A stretch of DNA of 64,000 nucleotides, taken from assembly GCA_044345405.1 (NCBI GenBank), contig JBIJBE010000014.1, forward strand, positions 1-64,000. Direction: 5' to 3'. The number at the start of each line of letters is the position of its first letter. Position 1 is the first letter of the stretch. The notes below the pieces were generated by a model, which was given only the letters and a program-made list of their open reading frames with translations, ran no database searches and was not told where the DNA came from. Position numbers and translations under genes: made by a program. Shown piece after piece: positions 1 to 10,252 of the stretch. Source of the stretch: Bdellovibrionota bacterium. Its GTDB lineage: Bacteria > Bdellovibrionota_C > UBA2361 > OMII01.

Positions 1-157
1 TTCGTTCGTGGCACGAACCTTCTCAGTGAGAAAGTGCGTAATCATGTGTCATATATCAAGGACGTCGCGCCACTCCCCGGAGCCTCCGCGATGGCTGGAT
101 TTCGAGTGCGGTTTTAACTCCGAGCGCCCCTTGTTATGAAAATCCTGTAGCTGACCT

Positions 158-1858
158 CTATCGAGGGTCGGGTCGGGTATACGGTTCAAACTCATCGTCA
201 TCGGTCCTTCCGTCTTCCTTGCGCGAGGGCTTTGTTCGGTTTCCGAGCTTCTCGGCCGCGTTTTGCAAAAAGGCGAGGTCAAGAGCGGTAGTGTCATCAT
301 CAAACTCGAAAACGTGAGTCTTACTCGTGGTACCTTTAGGACGCGGAGGCGAGGCGTTCGTATCGCCACCCTCATGAGCGCTCACAAGGCCGAGAAGTTC
401 TCTCATGATCGTCGCGAGCTTGCGACTCTGCTCCGACAGTCCAGACGCGTTGCGTAACGTATCTCCCGCCAGAAGCGAATTTCGTTGAGCCGCTTGGTCC
501 ATCTGATTCATCGCTGTGGAGGTCTGATGAACTCCGATGGTCTGTTCCCGCGTCGCCTCTGAGATCCGCTGGATCTGCTTGGTAATCTCCTTAGTATCCC
601 GCGAGATCTCGTTAAAGATAGCGAGCGCCTCTTTGCTGACGGTCAGTCCATCAGAGACCCGCTGATGCGTCATCTCAACGATCTCGTTTACGTGTTTTTT
701 GCTTGTTTCGAGGAGTGATTGAATCTCCTTAGCCGCCTTGCCGCTGATCTCCGCCAAATTACCGAATTCCTCGGCCACGACGGCGAAGCCCCGCCCGTGT
801 TGCCCCGCTCGGGCAGCCTCAATCGAGGCGTTGAACGAGAGAAGCTGCGTCTTGAACACGATATCGTTAATCACCGAGGTTTTGCCGGAAATCTCCGCGA
901 TGATATCCACCATCTCTCGTAGCTGAGTGTTAGCTTGATTGATAGCTTCGGTGGAGGACGCTAATCGCTCCATGATGCGGTTGCCGTCCTGTGTTCTCTC
1001 CGCCATGCGCCTAACATTTGTGAGAGACTCAATTGACGAGTCACTGGTTTGGGCGATCATACTCGACATCTCAGTCATGGACGCGACGCTCTCTTGCACC
1101 GCGGCCGCTTGTTGGGTCGCGCTTTGCGCGAGATCCTCGGCGTAGACGGACATCTTCTGCGATGAGATGTTTACCTCAGACGCGCTCGCGCCGAGCGCCG
1201 TGATGACCTCTCCTATCGGGCGAATGATTGAGCGAAGGGTTATAAGCACAAGCACAATGATACACGCCACACCCAAGAGCACAGCGGAGAGTACGCTGTT
1301 TTGTAGTGAGTGGGCGAACGCGATATTCTGACCACGCTCCTTCTGCCACAGGGCGTGTATCATGCTTTTCGTGTCCGAGGTTCCGGTTCGCATCGTCTCA
1401 TAGATTTCAAGAAAGGACTGGAGTTGAGAGGCGCGCGTCTCAGGGTTTTTGCTCGCGCTCACCGGGAGCGCCGTGGCGAGGTTTTTAAAACGCTCAACGT
1501 GCCTTCTACTGTCGGCTACGTTCCATGTCACCTCCACGGGCATAGGAATTGAGGCGAGTTGCGCATGTCGATTCTCGACATCCCGTGAGTCACGTTCGAG
1601 CTTCGCCTTGATTGCGTCGAGTGCCGCCGGGTCGTGAGCCTGTGCTTGTTCGGTGGACATCCAACTCAGGACATCAGCGCGGAGCGAGTTTTGGGCCGAT
1701 TCGAGCGCGTCGACCGCCTCAAGCACTACTCGATAGCCAGCGGCGTTATCGCGTTGCGGATGAAGACGTTCGATCCCCATGTACCCCACAGTTCCAACCG
1801 TAACGCATACCAGTACGTTCAACACGGTGAGCACGTAGAGTCGAGTTTTAATATTCAT
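158..1858 (-). CDS. Methyl-accepting chemotaxis protein
   Basis: Two TM segments flank a periplasmic domain; signalling hairpin LLSFNASIEAARAGQHGRGFAVVAEE; divergent from cheA. Confidence 0.95.
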   Translation of the reverse strand: MNIKTRLYVLTVLNVLVCVTVGTVGYMGIERLHPQRDNAAGYRVVLEAVDALESAQNSLRADVLSWMSTEQAQAHDPAALDAIKAKLERDSRDVENRHAQLASIPMPVEVTWNVADSRRHVERFKNLATALPVSASKNPETRASQLQSFLEIYETMRTGTSDTKSMIHALWQKERGQNIAFAHSLQNSVLSAVLLGVACIIVLVLITLRSIIRPIGEVITALGASASEVNISSQKMSVYAEDLAQSATQQAAAVQESVASMTEMSSMIAQTSDSSIESLTNVRRMAERTQDGNRIMERLASSTEAINQANTQLREMVDIIAEISGKTSVINDIVFKTQLLSFNASIEAARAGQHGRGFAVVAEEFGNLAEISGKAAKEIQSLLETSKKHVNEIVEMTHQRVSDGLTVSKEALAIFNEISRDTKEITKQIQRISEATREQTIGVHQTSTAMNQMDQAAQRNSLLAGDTLRNASGLSEQSRKLATIMRELLGLVSAHEGGDTNASPPRPKGTTSKTHVFEFDDDTTALDLAFLQNAAEKLGNRTKPSRKEDGRTDDDEFEPYTRPDPR

Positions 1859-2115
1859 CGTTGGATCCTCTGGCTGAATGCATCGCCATCCGCGCTCATA
1901 CAGTCACGTTCGGGGGGATTCCCTGGATAGGGTATCGGGCGTTTACCGGCGCGGCTTGAGAGTAACTCGTATGGGCATATCTTTCAGGTGGTTGGGACCG
2001 ATTTGCGGGGAGGGCGAAGTGGCCGGCCGGCCCGCCACGCCGCGTAGTCTCGTCATTTAGGACTAAAGATAGTGAAGGTTTGTTTCGATCCTCATAGTGG
2101 GATTGAACGACTCCG

Positions 2116-3978
2116 ATGGGCATAAACATAGAAATAGACCGAGAGCTTATTGAAAGTTTCGTCGATGACGCGACCGAGGCGCTGCATGCCTTCGAGGCCG
2201 CCACCATCGCTCTTCGTTCCGGGCAAAAGAATGAGACCCTCGAGGAGCTCTTTTGTGTCGCCCACAATTTAAAGGGCGCGTCGATGTGCATCGGGATCGA
2301 ACCGTTCGGGGAGTTCATGCACCGAGTAGAGGATGTCATCCAATGCATGATTAACGGTGGGGTTCCTCAAAGCGAGCGTGTCGTGCTCGTGCTGCTCGCG
2401 GCGCATCGATGCATGATGCACTGGGTCGGTGCCTTACTCATGGACGCCTCTTTTGTACCCGAAACCGAATCTCTGCTGAAGGACCTTGACTCCCTCGTTA
2501 GACAACGCGAAACGCCGACCTCAAAAACGCCTGTGCCAGAGGAACGTGAGGCTCTTGATGAGCACCGTGACGATGAGGATTACGAGGATGATGAGGAGGA
2601 TCTTCAGGCCCTATTCCAGATGCACCGAAAGATCTACGAGGAGGATCTGCGAGAGAGGGAGGAGCTTGAGCGCCAAGGTAGCAAGAGCGACACAGACTCC
2701 TCGGACGCTCTGGTGGACGCGGTGGATCCCACCGCGCGTTTCGCGTCGAAAAAGCGAGGTAGGGCCCAACGTTCACAGGAGACATTTCGCGTCTCGGCGC
2801 ACAAGCTCGATGAGTTGGTGCAGTTGATTAGTGAGCTCTCGATTCATCAAGCGATTATCCAGGAGGCGCGTCGGGGCGATGAGTTGCCCACAAAAGCCGC
2901 CGCGCATGCTCTTCAGTTGAGTTATAAGTTAGTGAAGGAGCTCCACGCGAAGGCGCTTGAGCTTCGTATGCAACCTCTCTCGGTGCTCATGCAGAAGCTC
3001 GAGCGTAATGCCCTTGACCTCGCCGTAATGCAGGGGAAACGGGTTAAGGTAATCGTTGAGGGCGGGGATGTTCAGTTCGATAAAACAGTTCTCGACAAGA
3101 TGTCCGATCCCCTCGTGCACGTGATTCGAAACGCCGTGGACCATGGCATTGAGCCGTCATCTCAACGAGAGGCGGCGGGCAAACCGCCGGAGGCGACCCT
3201 CAAAATCTCAGCGACGCAGGATGTGGGGTCTGTATCCATCGTTGTTTCGGATGATGGTCGAGGGATGGATGACGAGGCGATCTTCGCCTCCGCTGTTCGA
3301 AAGGGTATCATACATCCGACCGCCAAACTTACCTCAGAGCAGATTAAAAAGTTGATATTCATTCAGGGAGTTTCCACCGCGCCTAAGCTTACCGAGATCT
3401 CTGGGCGCGGAGTAGGCATGGATATCGTGATGCGCACCGTTCAGTCGCTGAGGGGGCAGATCCACATCGCGAGCACCGTAGGTACGGGGACCCGGCTTCG
3501 TATCTCCCTTCCGACGAGCTTGAGCATTATTGACGCTCTGGTGGTGCGTGTTCAAGACGCTCGATACGCTGTGGCGATGAACGAGCTCACCGAGATTATC
3601 GATCTGAGTCGGCATCCGATAGAGCGCACGGGAGCCGGGGGATATATCCTCTCACTTCGGGGGGAGGTGATTCCAGTTGAGGCGCTGGTTGATTACATGC
3701 CCACTCCACATATTCACCACGTTCAAGGAAAGTTTTTGGTTGCGGGCCGGAATAATCGGTGTCCGGCGTTACTCGTTCGCGACGCCGGTCAATCGGTTGC
3801 GTTCGCGATTGATAGGATCGTGTCGCAACAACAGGTTGTCGTCCGTCCCTTAAGTGACCAGTTAGACGGTCTCCAGGGCCTTCGTGGATGCACGATCCTC
3901 GGCGATGGTGAACCGGGGGTTATTCTAAGTTTGCCAGACCTGGCGCGAAGCTATTTTTCATCGGTCGGAGGAGAGTAA
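2116..3978 (+). CDS. cheA: Chemotaxis histidine kinase CheA
   Basis: Hpt motif AHNLKGAS, HATPase boxes (HVIRNAVDHGIE, DDGRGM, SGRGVGMD), C-terminal CheW-like domain; acidic linker where P2 would be. Confidence 0.95.
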   Translation: MGINIEIDRELIESFVDDATEALHAFEAATIALRSGQKNETLEELFCVAHNLKGASMCIGIEPFGEFMHRVEDVIQCMINGGVPQSERVVLVLLAAHRCMMHWVGALLMDASFVPETESLLKDLDSLVRQRETPTSKTPVPEEREALDEHRDDEDYEDDEEDLQALFQMHRKIYEEDLREREELERQGSKSDTDSSDALVDAVDPTARFASKKRGRAQRSQETFRVSAHKLDELVQLISELSIHQAIIQEARRGDELPTKAAAHALQLSYKLVKELHAKALELRMQPLSVLMQKLERNALDLAVMQGKRVKVIVEGGDVQFDKTVLDKMSDPLVHVIRNAVDHGIEPSSQREAAGKPPEATLKISATQDVGSVSIVVSDDGRGMDDEAIFASAVRKGIIHPTAKLTSEQIKKLIFIQGVSTAPKLTEISGRGVGMDIVMRTVQSLRGQIHIASTVGTGTRLRISLPTSLSIIDALVVRVQDARYAVAMNELTEIIDLSRHPIERTGAGGYILSLRGEVIPVEALVDYMPTPHIHHVQGKFLVAGRNNRCPALLVRDAGQSVAFAIDRIVSQQQVVVRPLSDQLDGLQGLRGCTILGDGEPGVILSLPDLARSYFSSVGGE

Positions 3979-3981
3979 GCG

Positions 3982-4458
3982 ATGAGCGAGAGTACTCAGC
4001 TACAAGAGGATGATACTCGGTTTCTCCTTTTTAGGGTTGGAGGGCAGTTGTATGGAACCCCGCTGCTTGGAATCCGAGAGGTGGTAGAGCCGCAGGAACC
4101 CAAACCTATCCCCAACACGGTCTCGTTTTTCAGCGGGGTTATCAATCTTCGCGGCCAAGTAATCGGCATTATCGATCTCCGGAAGCGCTTCGGTTGCGAA
4201 GCGACCCGCCACCCAAGGATGGCGCTCATGATCTTCACGACCGAGTCAGGACCTCTAGGCGCTCTGGTAGATGAGATCGATTCGGTCGCTAAAATCCCGC
4301 CGACGAATATTGAGTCGAAAGCGGTGATTCGCACGCATGTTCCATCCGACTATTTCATCGGGATCGGTAACCATGAGGAGCGACTGATCTCGTTGATAGA
4401 TCTGAACAAGATATTGGGCACCGAGGAGTTGAAGGCGGCTCACGCCATCCGAGATTAA
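3982..4458 (+). CDS. cheW: Chemotaxis coupling protein CheW
   Basis: GVINLRGQVIGIIDLRKRF motif; directly follows cheA. Confidence 0.95.
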   Translation: MSESTQLQEDDTRFLLFRVGGQLYGTPLLGIREVVEPQEPKPIPNTVSFFSGVINLRGQVIGIIDLRKRFGCEATRHPRMALMIFTTESGPLGALVDEIDSVAKIPPTNIESKAVIRTHVPSDYFIGIGNHEERLISLIDLNKILGTEELKAAHAIRD

Positions 4459-4464
4459 GCCGCT

Positions 4465-6396
4465 ATGACGACACGTTCCTCGAACTATAAGCTCAACGAC
4501 GAGGAACGCGACTTCGTGTTCGCGCTGATCGAGCGGGTTACCGGTACGTGCCAGGAGGGGACGTATCGTCGGGAGGTGTTAGCCTCGAATGTCGAACGTC
4601 GCATTCGCTATGTTGGAGCACCCTCTCTGCGGGCATATCTTACCTACGCGACGACCGATGCGAGCGAGGGTGAGCTTCTTCTCTCCGCTTTAACCATTCA
4701 CACCACGAGTTGGTTTCGAGAGGCTCCCCATTTTCATAAATTCGAGGCGATGATCCGACAACGGCTCGTCGAACACAAAATCAATTCGATTCGAGTTTTA
4801 TGCGCGGCGTGCTCCACGGGAGAGGAGGCCTACTCAATAGCGTTTACCCTTGAGCATATCCGAAGGAGCGCTCCGGGCTTCGAGTATCACGTTCATGGTG
4901 TTGATATTGATCCGCTCTCCGTTGAACACGCTTCCCGGGGGATGTACGGAGAGGTTGCGTTGCCCATCATTCCAGGGCCATATCGTGAGTTTTGTTTGGT
5001 GGGCACCGGACAGCGACGCGGTTTTTTCACACCGAATAGGGATGTTCGAAGTCGGTGTTCCTTCGGAGTGGCCGATCTCAGGACATTTGGGAGGGAAAAT
5101 CGGGATTCGTTCGACTATATCTTTTGCCGAAACGTTCTCATTTACTTCAAGTCCGATGATGTTAGTGCTTTGGTGAAGGGGCTTCTAACCTCTCTTCGGG
5201 TCGATGGGGCTCTTTTTCTCGGACACAGCGAAGCTATCGACGCCACGAGGTACGGAATACGCTTCCTTGGCGATTCGACATATCTTAAGAGAGCTTCATT
5301 CCTCGACGCCACTTCCGTGGTCGGGGACGGATGTCGGGTTCTCGTGGTAGATGATTCCCTCGCCGCTCGGAAAGCGCTTGAACGAGCTCTGGAGAGGGGC
5401 GGCATTCAGGCGTTTTCTGTCGCCTCCGCTGATGAGGCGACAGAATTTTTGGAGCGAAACTCCGTTGATGTCATCACCCTCGACGTCACCATGCCCGGTC
5501 TGGATGGACCGACGTGGCTCAATTCTCGACGGATTGCGGGGCTTGATATTCCGGTTGTGATCGTGAGCGAGAGTGGGCCCGCTCAAGCGACCGCCATTCT
5601 TGGGGCACTCGAAAATGGGGCCCAGGATTATATTGAAAAATCAACGATCAACGGCCCTGAGTTCGCCGAAAAACTGATCGCCATCTCCCAATCGTATAAG
5701 CCGGGCCACAGCACGCCATCAGCCGCAGCCTTTTCGAAGCCAACGGTAAGCCGAGAGCGTCCAGACCTTATTTTGGTAGGCGCTAGCACAGGTGGAACGG
5801 AGGCGGTTATGCGCCTGCTTGAAACTATGCCCCCCAATAGCCCGCCTATAGTGGTTGTTCAGCATATTTCATCTTATTTCGCCCGAGCTTTCGCGCAGCG
5901 GGTCGCGCACAACGCGAACCTCCGACTCGGAGTTTGCGCGGAGGGCACCCTGCTTGAAGCGGGAACCATCTACGTTGCCGATGATGAACGACACATCGGG
6001 GTCGGGGGAAAGGGGGGGCGGTTGAGTATCATCCGGTCCGATGGTCCCCCAATCAATCGCCACCGACCGAGCGTCGATTTCCTCTTTAAATCTGCCGCCG
6101 TACTCTCCAACGTGCGGGTTTCGGCTGTTCTTCTTACCGGCATGGGCGCCGATGGCGCTGAAGGTATGAAAGAGCTCCATGACCGGGGTGCGATTACCTT
6201 TTGCCAAGATGAGCAATCGTGTGTGGTGTTCGGGATGCCGCGTGAAGCGATATCGCTGGGGGCCGCGGATATTGTCGCGCGTCCTGAGGAGATCCGGCAG
6301 CACTTGGAGTGGCAGATATCGCAATCGACCGGAAAGTCACGACGGCGGTCTTCACCGACCGGACGACAGAGCCGCGATGGAGAGCGAGTGTTGTAA
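4465..6396 (+). CDS. Fused CheR methyltransferase - receiver - CheB methylesterase
   Basis: CheR motifs (TSWFRE, CSTGEEAYS, FCRNVLIYF), REC domain (VLVVDDS, LDVTMP), CheB triad motifs (GASTGG, VVQHI, GADGA). Confidence 0.9.
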   Translation: MTTRSSNYKLNDEERDFVFALIERVTGTCQEGTYRREVLASNVERRIRYVGAPSLRAYLTYATTDASEGELLLSALTIHTTSWFREAPHFHKFEAMIRQRLVEHKINSIRVLCAACSTGEEAYSIAFTLEHIRRSAPGFEYHVHGVDIDPLSVEHASRGMYGEVALPIIPGPYREFCLVGTGQRRGFFTPNRDVRSRCSFGVADLRTFGRENRDSFDYIFCRNVLIYFKSDDVSALVKGLLTSLRVDGALFLGHSEAIDATRYGIRFLGDSTYLKRASFLDATSVVGDGCRVLVVDDSLAARKALERALERGGIQAFSVASADEATEFLERNSVDVITLDVTMPGLDGPTWLNSRRIAGLDIPVVIVSESGPAQATAILGALENGAQDYIEKSTINGPEFAEKLIAISQSYKPGHSTPSAAAFSKPTVSRERPDLILVGASTGGTEAVMRLLETMPPNSPPIVVVQHISSYFARAFAQRVAHNANLRLGVCAEGTLLEAGTIYVADDERHIGVGGKGGRLSIIRSDGPPINRHRPSVDFLFKSAAVLSNVRVSAVLLTGMGADGAEGMKELHDRGAITFCQDEQSCVVFGMPREAISLGAADIVARPEEIRQHLEWQISQSTGKSRRRSSPTGRQSRDGERVL

Positions 6397-6443
6397 TGTT
6401 GGGCTTCTCGGCGCGGCTTTACACCACGGAGCCGCACACGGCG

Positions 6444-7619
6444 CTATTCGCCAAATCGTAGTAGCTTTTCCGCGACGACTGGTGGTGTTCCCCCCACGTG
6501 GACGAACAGTTCCGCCGCGTCATCTTCGAGATTTCTCTGAAGCTCGTTGATGAGTTCAATCTTATTGTCGTGTGGTACGTTGGAGGAGTTAATGGCGGCA
6601 ACTAAGCGTCGCTTGTTTTCAAGGAGGTGGTCGAACTTTGATAGAGAACCGTTGAAGCTCTCTTTGACCGCTGAGGCGAAATTCGAGATCGCCTGGACAG
6701 ATGGGCCGACGATGCGGTTCTTTGAATGTTGAACATCATACGGGATGCGCTGGAGGTCGTGGCGACGAATGGCCCGCTCAATATCAGCGGAGGTTCCGCT
6801 GGTAGGCGAGAACAGGTCCCATGTTGGCCTAAAATCTAAATCCTCACCTCCCGCAATCGATCGTGGCATCCCGTGCGTCCCCGATACGACGCCGATTACT
6901 CGCCCCTCAAGGTTTACAAGTGGTGACCCGCTATGTCCAGGCTCGACAGAGCCGGTGAGAAGGAGCGCGGCGTTGCCGCTGAGTTGTTGAGGGGTATCGA
7001 GTAGACGAAGACCGTCCAATACAAGACATTTCCCCCCGGAGAAACCGGCGGAGCACACGGGAGTGAACTGAGGGAATGATGTTGACGTTTCCAGTTCGAG
7101 GGCTCTCGCCTTGAAGCGCTCAGCGAGGAGGGGATCCTTGGGAGTGTCAACGATAAGGAAGGCAACATCGTCCGAGGACTTGAAATGTCGATCCGAGGCG
7201 AGAACTCGAGATTGTAACGTGGCTGAATGGGAGATGCCCTTAATATGCCCGCTGAAAAACTCAAGGGAGATAGTTGCCGTTGGGGGAGTGTCCATGAAGT
7301 TATGGGCCACGGTCAGCACCACCATCCTATTCGGACCTACGATGTCAGCGAGTGCCTCCGGCGTTTGAATCAAGACCCCTGACCCGACCTTTGGCGACGC
7401 CTTCTCTCCGGGGACCGAGCCGAGTTCGGAGGGGACGAGAATCTTGCACATTGCGTGAAGGGTCTTATGAACTACTTCAGGACTGACGGCTATCCTCTCT
7501 GGACTAGCTCTTTCTACTCCCAAGGCAGTGCCGGTTCCAGATGAAGCTGGGAAGAAGGTAGCGGTGGAAAAAGCGCTCAGGGCTCCAAGGAATGTGCGAC
7601 GCGTGTGGAGGTCTGTCAT
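6444..7619 (-). CDS. Trypsin-like serine protease with twin-arginine signal
   Basis: N-terminal TRRTFLG; catalytic motifs LTVAHN, DDVAFL, PGHSGSPL. Confidence 0.8.
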   Translation of the reverse strand: MTDLHTRRTFLGALSAFSTATFFPASSGTGTALGVERASPERIAVSPEVVHKTLHAMCKILVPSELGSVPGEKASPKVGSGVLIQTPEALADIVGPNRMVVLTVAHNFMDTPPTATISLEFFSGHIKGISHSATLQSRVLASDRHFKSSDDVAFLIVDTPKDPLLAERFKARALELETSTSFPQFTPVCSAGFSGGKCLVLDGLRLLDTPQQLSGNAALLLTGSVEPGHSGSPLVNLEGRVIGVVSGTHGMPRSIAGGEDLDFRPTWDLFSPTSGTSADIERAIRRHDLQRIPYDVQHSKNRIVGPSVQAISNFASAVKESFNGSLSKFDHLLENKRRLVAAINSSNVPHDNKIELINELQRNLEDDAAELFVHVGGTPPVVAEKLLRFGE

Positions 7620-8106
7620 AAGGAGTTTGGCGTTCCCGGAAGAATAAGCCCCATGAGAAACAACGGTACACGGCTCCCTGCCTTTAAGCTAGGGTTAGGT
7701 CAAATCAGAGCCACCTCATAATTATACTAAAAGTAGAAAACGAGCGGTGTAGGCGAGCGACTCAAAAAAATAAAACGTTTCGCTTGTTCGCGCGATCGGG
7801 GGCACTTTCGAGAAGCGACGGGCGAATCGAACGTCTTGGGGCAAAGCGATAGTAACACGTTCGAACAGATCAATTCTCTAGGTATCACAGGGTATCGCAC
7901 GGTAGCTCCCGTTTGGAAGGCGCGCGTGAATCGACCCGCATGCGGAGTTGGGGCTCAGTGAGCGGTGTCTTCCGCGCTACCACCTATCTTTTTATTTCAT
8001 CCTTTCGCCGCACTTCGGTATAACGCCATCCGTTGGTGTAGTGTCTCTCCTACGGCTCCTCGCGACGCGATGGAAAACGTGGAGTGCTGTTGTTATCGGA
8101 GTTGCT

Positions 8107-10158
8107 ATGATGGACTTTCCTGTACCTTCCTCACATCCTAACAATCCTCAGGCCAGAGAGGGGATCGAACGAATTGTATCGCCCGTGCCGATTGAGAATA
8201 AAGGTCGAGGGGATTCAGAGGGAAGATCAGGCGGTGACAGCGAATCGAGGAGGCAGCGCAAGGGAACTGGGCTAATCGTTCGAGAGTCCGCTCTCGCCAA
8301 ATATTGTGGTGATCTAACAGCGGCGGCGAGGGCGCATAAACTCGATCCGGTGCTCAACCGCGATGAGGAGATCGAGCGAGTGGTGACGATCCTCTCCAAG
8401 CGCGGAAAATGTAACGCGATGCTTATTGGAGAGGCGGGAGTTGGAAAGACGGCTCTCGTTGAGGGGCTTGCCCAACGTATCGTTGAGGAGACAGTTCCAG
8501 AGTGCCTTCTTGGCAAAAGAATATTGGCGCTCGATGTGAGCGCGCTCGTGGCGGGGGCCGAATATCGGGGTCAATTTGAGGAACGCGTTCAGGCTATTCT
8601 CAAAGAGATCTCGGCGTTCAACGATGTCATCCTCTTTATCGATGAGTTCCACACCATCGTATCGCTCGGTGGCGCCGGCGGAGAGCTGAACGCGGGAAAT
8701 ATCCTCAAGCCACCTTTGGCAAGAGGGGAGTTCCAATGTATTGGAGCGACGACTCTGAACGAGTACCGACGTGGCGTCGAGAAGGATAGCGCGTTGGCTC
8801 GACGATTCGAAGCGGTGTTAGTGAATGCGCCCACTCCTGACCAAGCGATCTCGATGCTTGAAGGGGTGCGCTCGCGATACGAGGAGCACCATCACGTGCG
8901 GTACACGGAAGGAGCTCTTCGCGCCGCTGTCGTTCTCTCTGACCGTTATATATCGCGAGGACAACTTCCAGATAAGGCGCTCGATGTGATTGACGAAGCA
9001 GGTTCCGCTAAGAATGTGAATTCGTTCTCTTCAGGCTGCTCGGCCCTCTTTCCTGAGTACAGATTCCAACGACGACCGGTCGTGACAGAGAGGGATGTCG
9101 CGGGAGTTGTAGCTAAAATAAGTGGTATTCCGGTGAACGATATCACCGCGGAGGAGAGCGCTAAGCTGTGTACCCTTGAGTCCTCACTGAAGGAAGTGAT
9201 CATCGGACAAGACGCGGCGTGCGAGAAGATCGCGAAGGCTGTCATCAGAGGACGAGCGGGATTGCAGGGGGACAGACCCAGCTCGTTTCTTTTCGTGGGA
9301 CCTACCGGCGTTGGAAAGACGCAGATCGTGAAGGAGTTGGCGAAGCGTATTTTTGGAGACGAGAAGGCCCTCATACCGATAGACATGTCGGAGTACATGG
9401 AGGCGCACAGTGTCTCCCGATTGATCGGCGCTCCTCCGGGGTACATCGGCTACGAGGATGGGGGACAGTTGACGGAGCGTATTCGACGACATCCCAACTC
9501 TATCATCCTCTTGGATGAGTTCGAGAAGGCGCATCCTAACGTAAGCAAACTCTTGCTCCAGGCCCTTGAGGAGGGACGATTGACCGACGGACAGGGTCGC
9601 CAGGTTAGCCTCAAGAATTCGATCGTGGTTATGACCTCCAATATTGGCGCTCAGACCGACACCGCGAGTAGCGGCGGATTCGGTTTCGCCGCGGTAGTGG
9701 CTGACCATACTACGACCGGTAATGGGGCAAAAAAGGTGACTCAACAGCACTACCTTGAGGCGGTGAAAGATACCTTGCCCCCTGAGTTCGTGAATCGGAT
9801 CGGGTGTATCGTCGCGTTTGATCCGTTGAGCCGCGCCGACCAGAGGAAAATTCTCGACCTTCAGTTGCAGGAGCTTGTGGTTCTCCTTCGGGACACCAAA
9901 GGGGTCACGCTCAAGGTCTCCGAGGAGTCTCGCGCGGTCCTTCTCGCAAAGGGATTTAGCGAGAGTTACGGAGCTCGGCCGTTACGTCGGGCTATTCAGG
10001 ACCTTTTGACGGATAAGATCGCGGACGCCCTCTTGGGACTCGACAAAACTGAAGGGTTAGTATTTACCGCGACTCCGACCGGGTACTCACTTTCGCTCGA
10101 CACCTCGAAGCTCGATACCTCGAAGCTCGATACCTCAGAGCGGGCATACGTTGAGTGA
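8107..10158 (+). CDS. ClpA/ClpC-family double-AAA+ ATPase lacking the N-terminal Clp domain
   Basis: Walker A GEAGVGKT and GPTGVGKT, Walker B ILFIDE and ILLDEFEK, pore loop GAPPGYIGY, FGF loop. ATG 8107 (GGAG upstream) preferred over TTG 7948. Confidence 0.9.
   Translation: MMDFPVPSSHPNNPQAREGIERIVSPVPIENKGRGDSEGRSGGDSESRRQRKGTGLIVRESALAKYCGDLTAAARAHKLDPVLNRDEEIERVVTILSKRGKCNAMLIGEAGVGKTALVEGLAQRIVEETVPECLLGKRILALDVSALVAGAEYRGQFEERVQAILKEISAFNDVILFIDEFHTIVSLGGAGGELNAGNILKPPLARGEFQCIGATTLNEYRRGVEKDSALARRFEAVLVNAPTPDQAISMLEGVRSRYEEHHHVRYTEGALRAAVVLSDRYISRGQLPDKALDVIDEAGSAKNVNSFSSGCSALFPEYRFQRRPVVTERDVAGVVAKISGIPVNDITAEESAKLCTLESSLKEVIIGQDAACEKIAKAVIRGRAGLQGDRPSSFLFVGPTGVGKTQIVKELAKRIFGDEKALIPIDMSEYMEAHSVSRLIGAPPGYIGYEDGGQLTERIRRHPNSIILLDEFEKAHPNVSKLLLQALEEGRLTDGQGRQVSLKNSIVVMTSNIGAQTDTASSGGFGFAAVVADHTTTGNGAKKVTQQHYLEAVKDTLPPEFVNRIGCIVAFDPLSRADQRKILDLQLQELVVLLRDTKGVTLKVSEESRAVLLAKGFSESYGARPLRRAIQDLLTDKIADALLGLDKTEGLVFTATPTGYSLSLDTSKLDTSKLDTSERAYVE
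10096..10136 (+). repeat. 15-bp tandem repeat (about 2.7 copies) encoding LDTSK at the Clp C-terminus
   Basis: ctcgacacctcgaag ctcgatacctcgaag ctcgatacctc. Confidence 0.9.
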
Positions 10159-10200
10159 GAGCTGGGTAGGGGAGAGGTGAGATGGTGGGAATAAAGAACC

Positions 10201-10242
10201 AAAAAACGCCGCGAGAGAGACAGGGGCTCTCTCTCGCGGCGT
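10201..10242 (-). terminator. Intrinsic terminator, possibly bidirectional
   Basis: Perfect 15-bp stem ACGCCGCGAGAGAGA/TCTCTCTCGCGGCGT with U-tract on the minus strand, between convergent genes. Confidence 0.8.
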
Positions 10243-10252
10243 CCAAGAAACC

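Noticed and set aside
2006-2037. GGGGAGGGCG followed by GC-rich sequence as another REP copy
   Set aside because: Only the head matches; the diagnostic hairpin is not reproduced.
7948-8106. Longer TTG-started N-terminus of the Clp ATPase
   Set aside because: No Clp_N similarity and no RBS; ATG 8107 has GGAG upstream.
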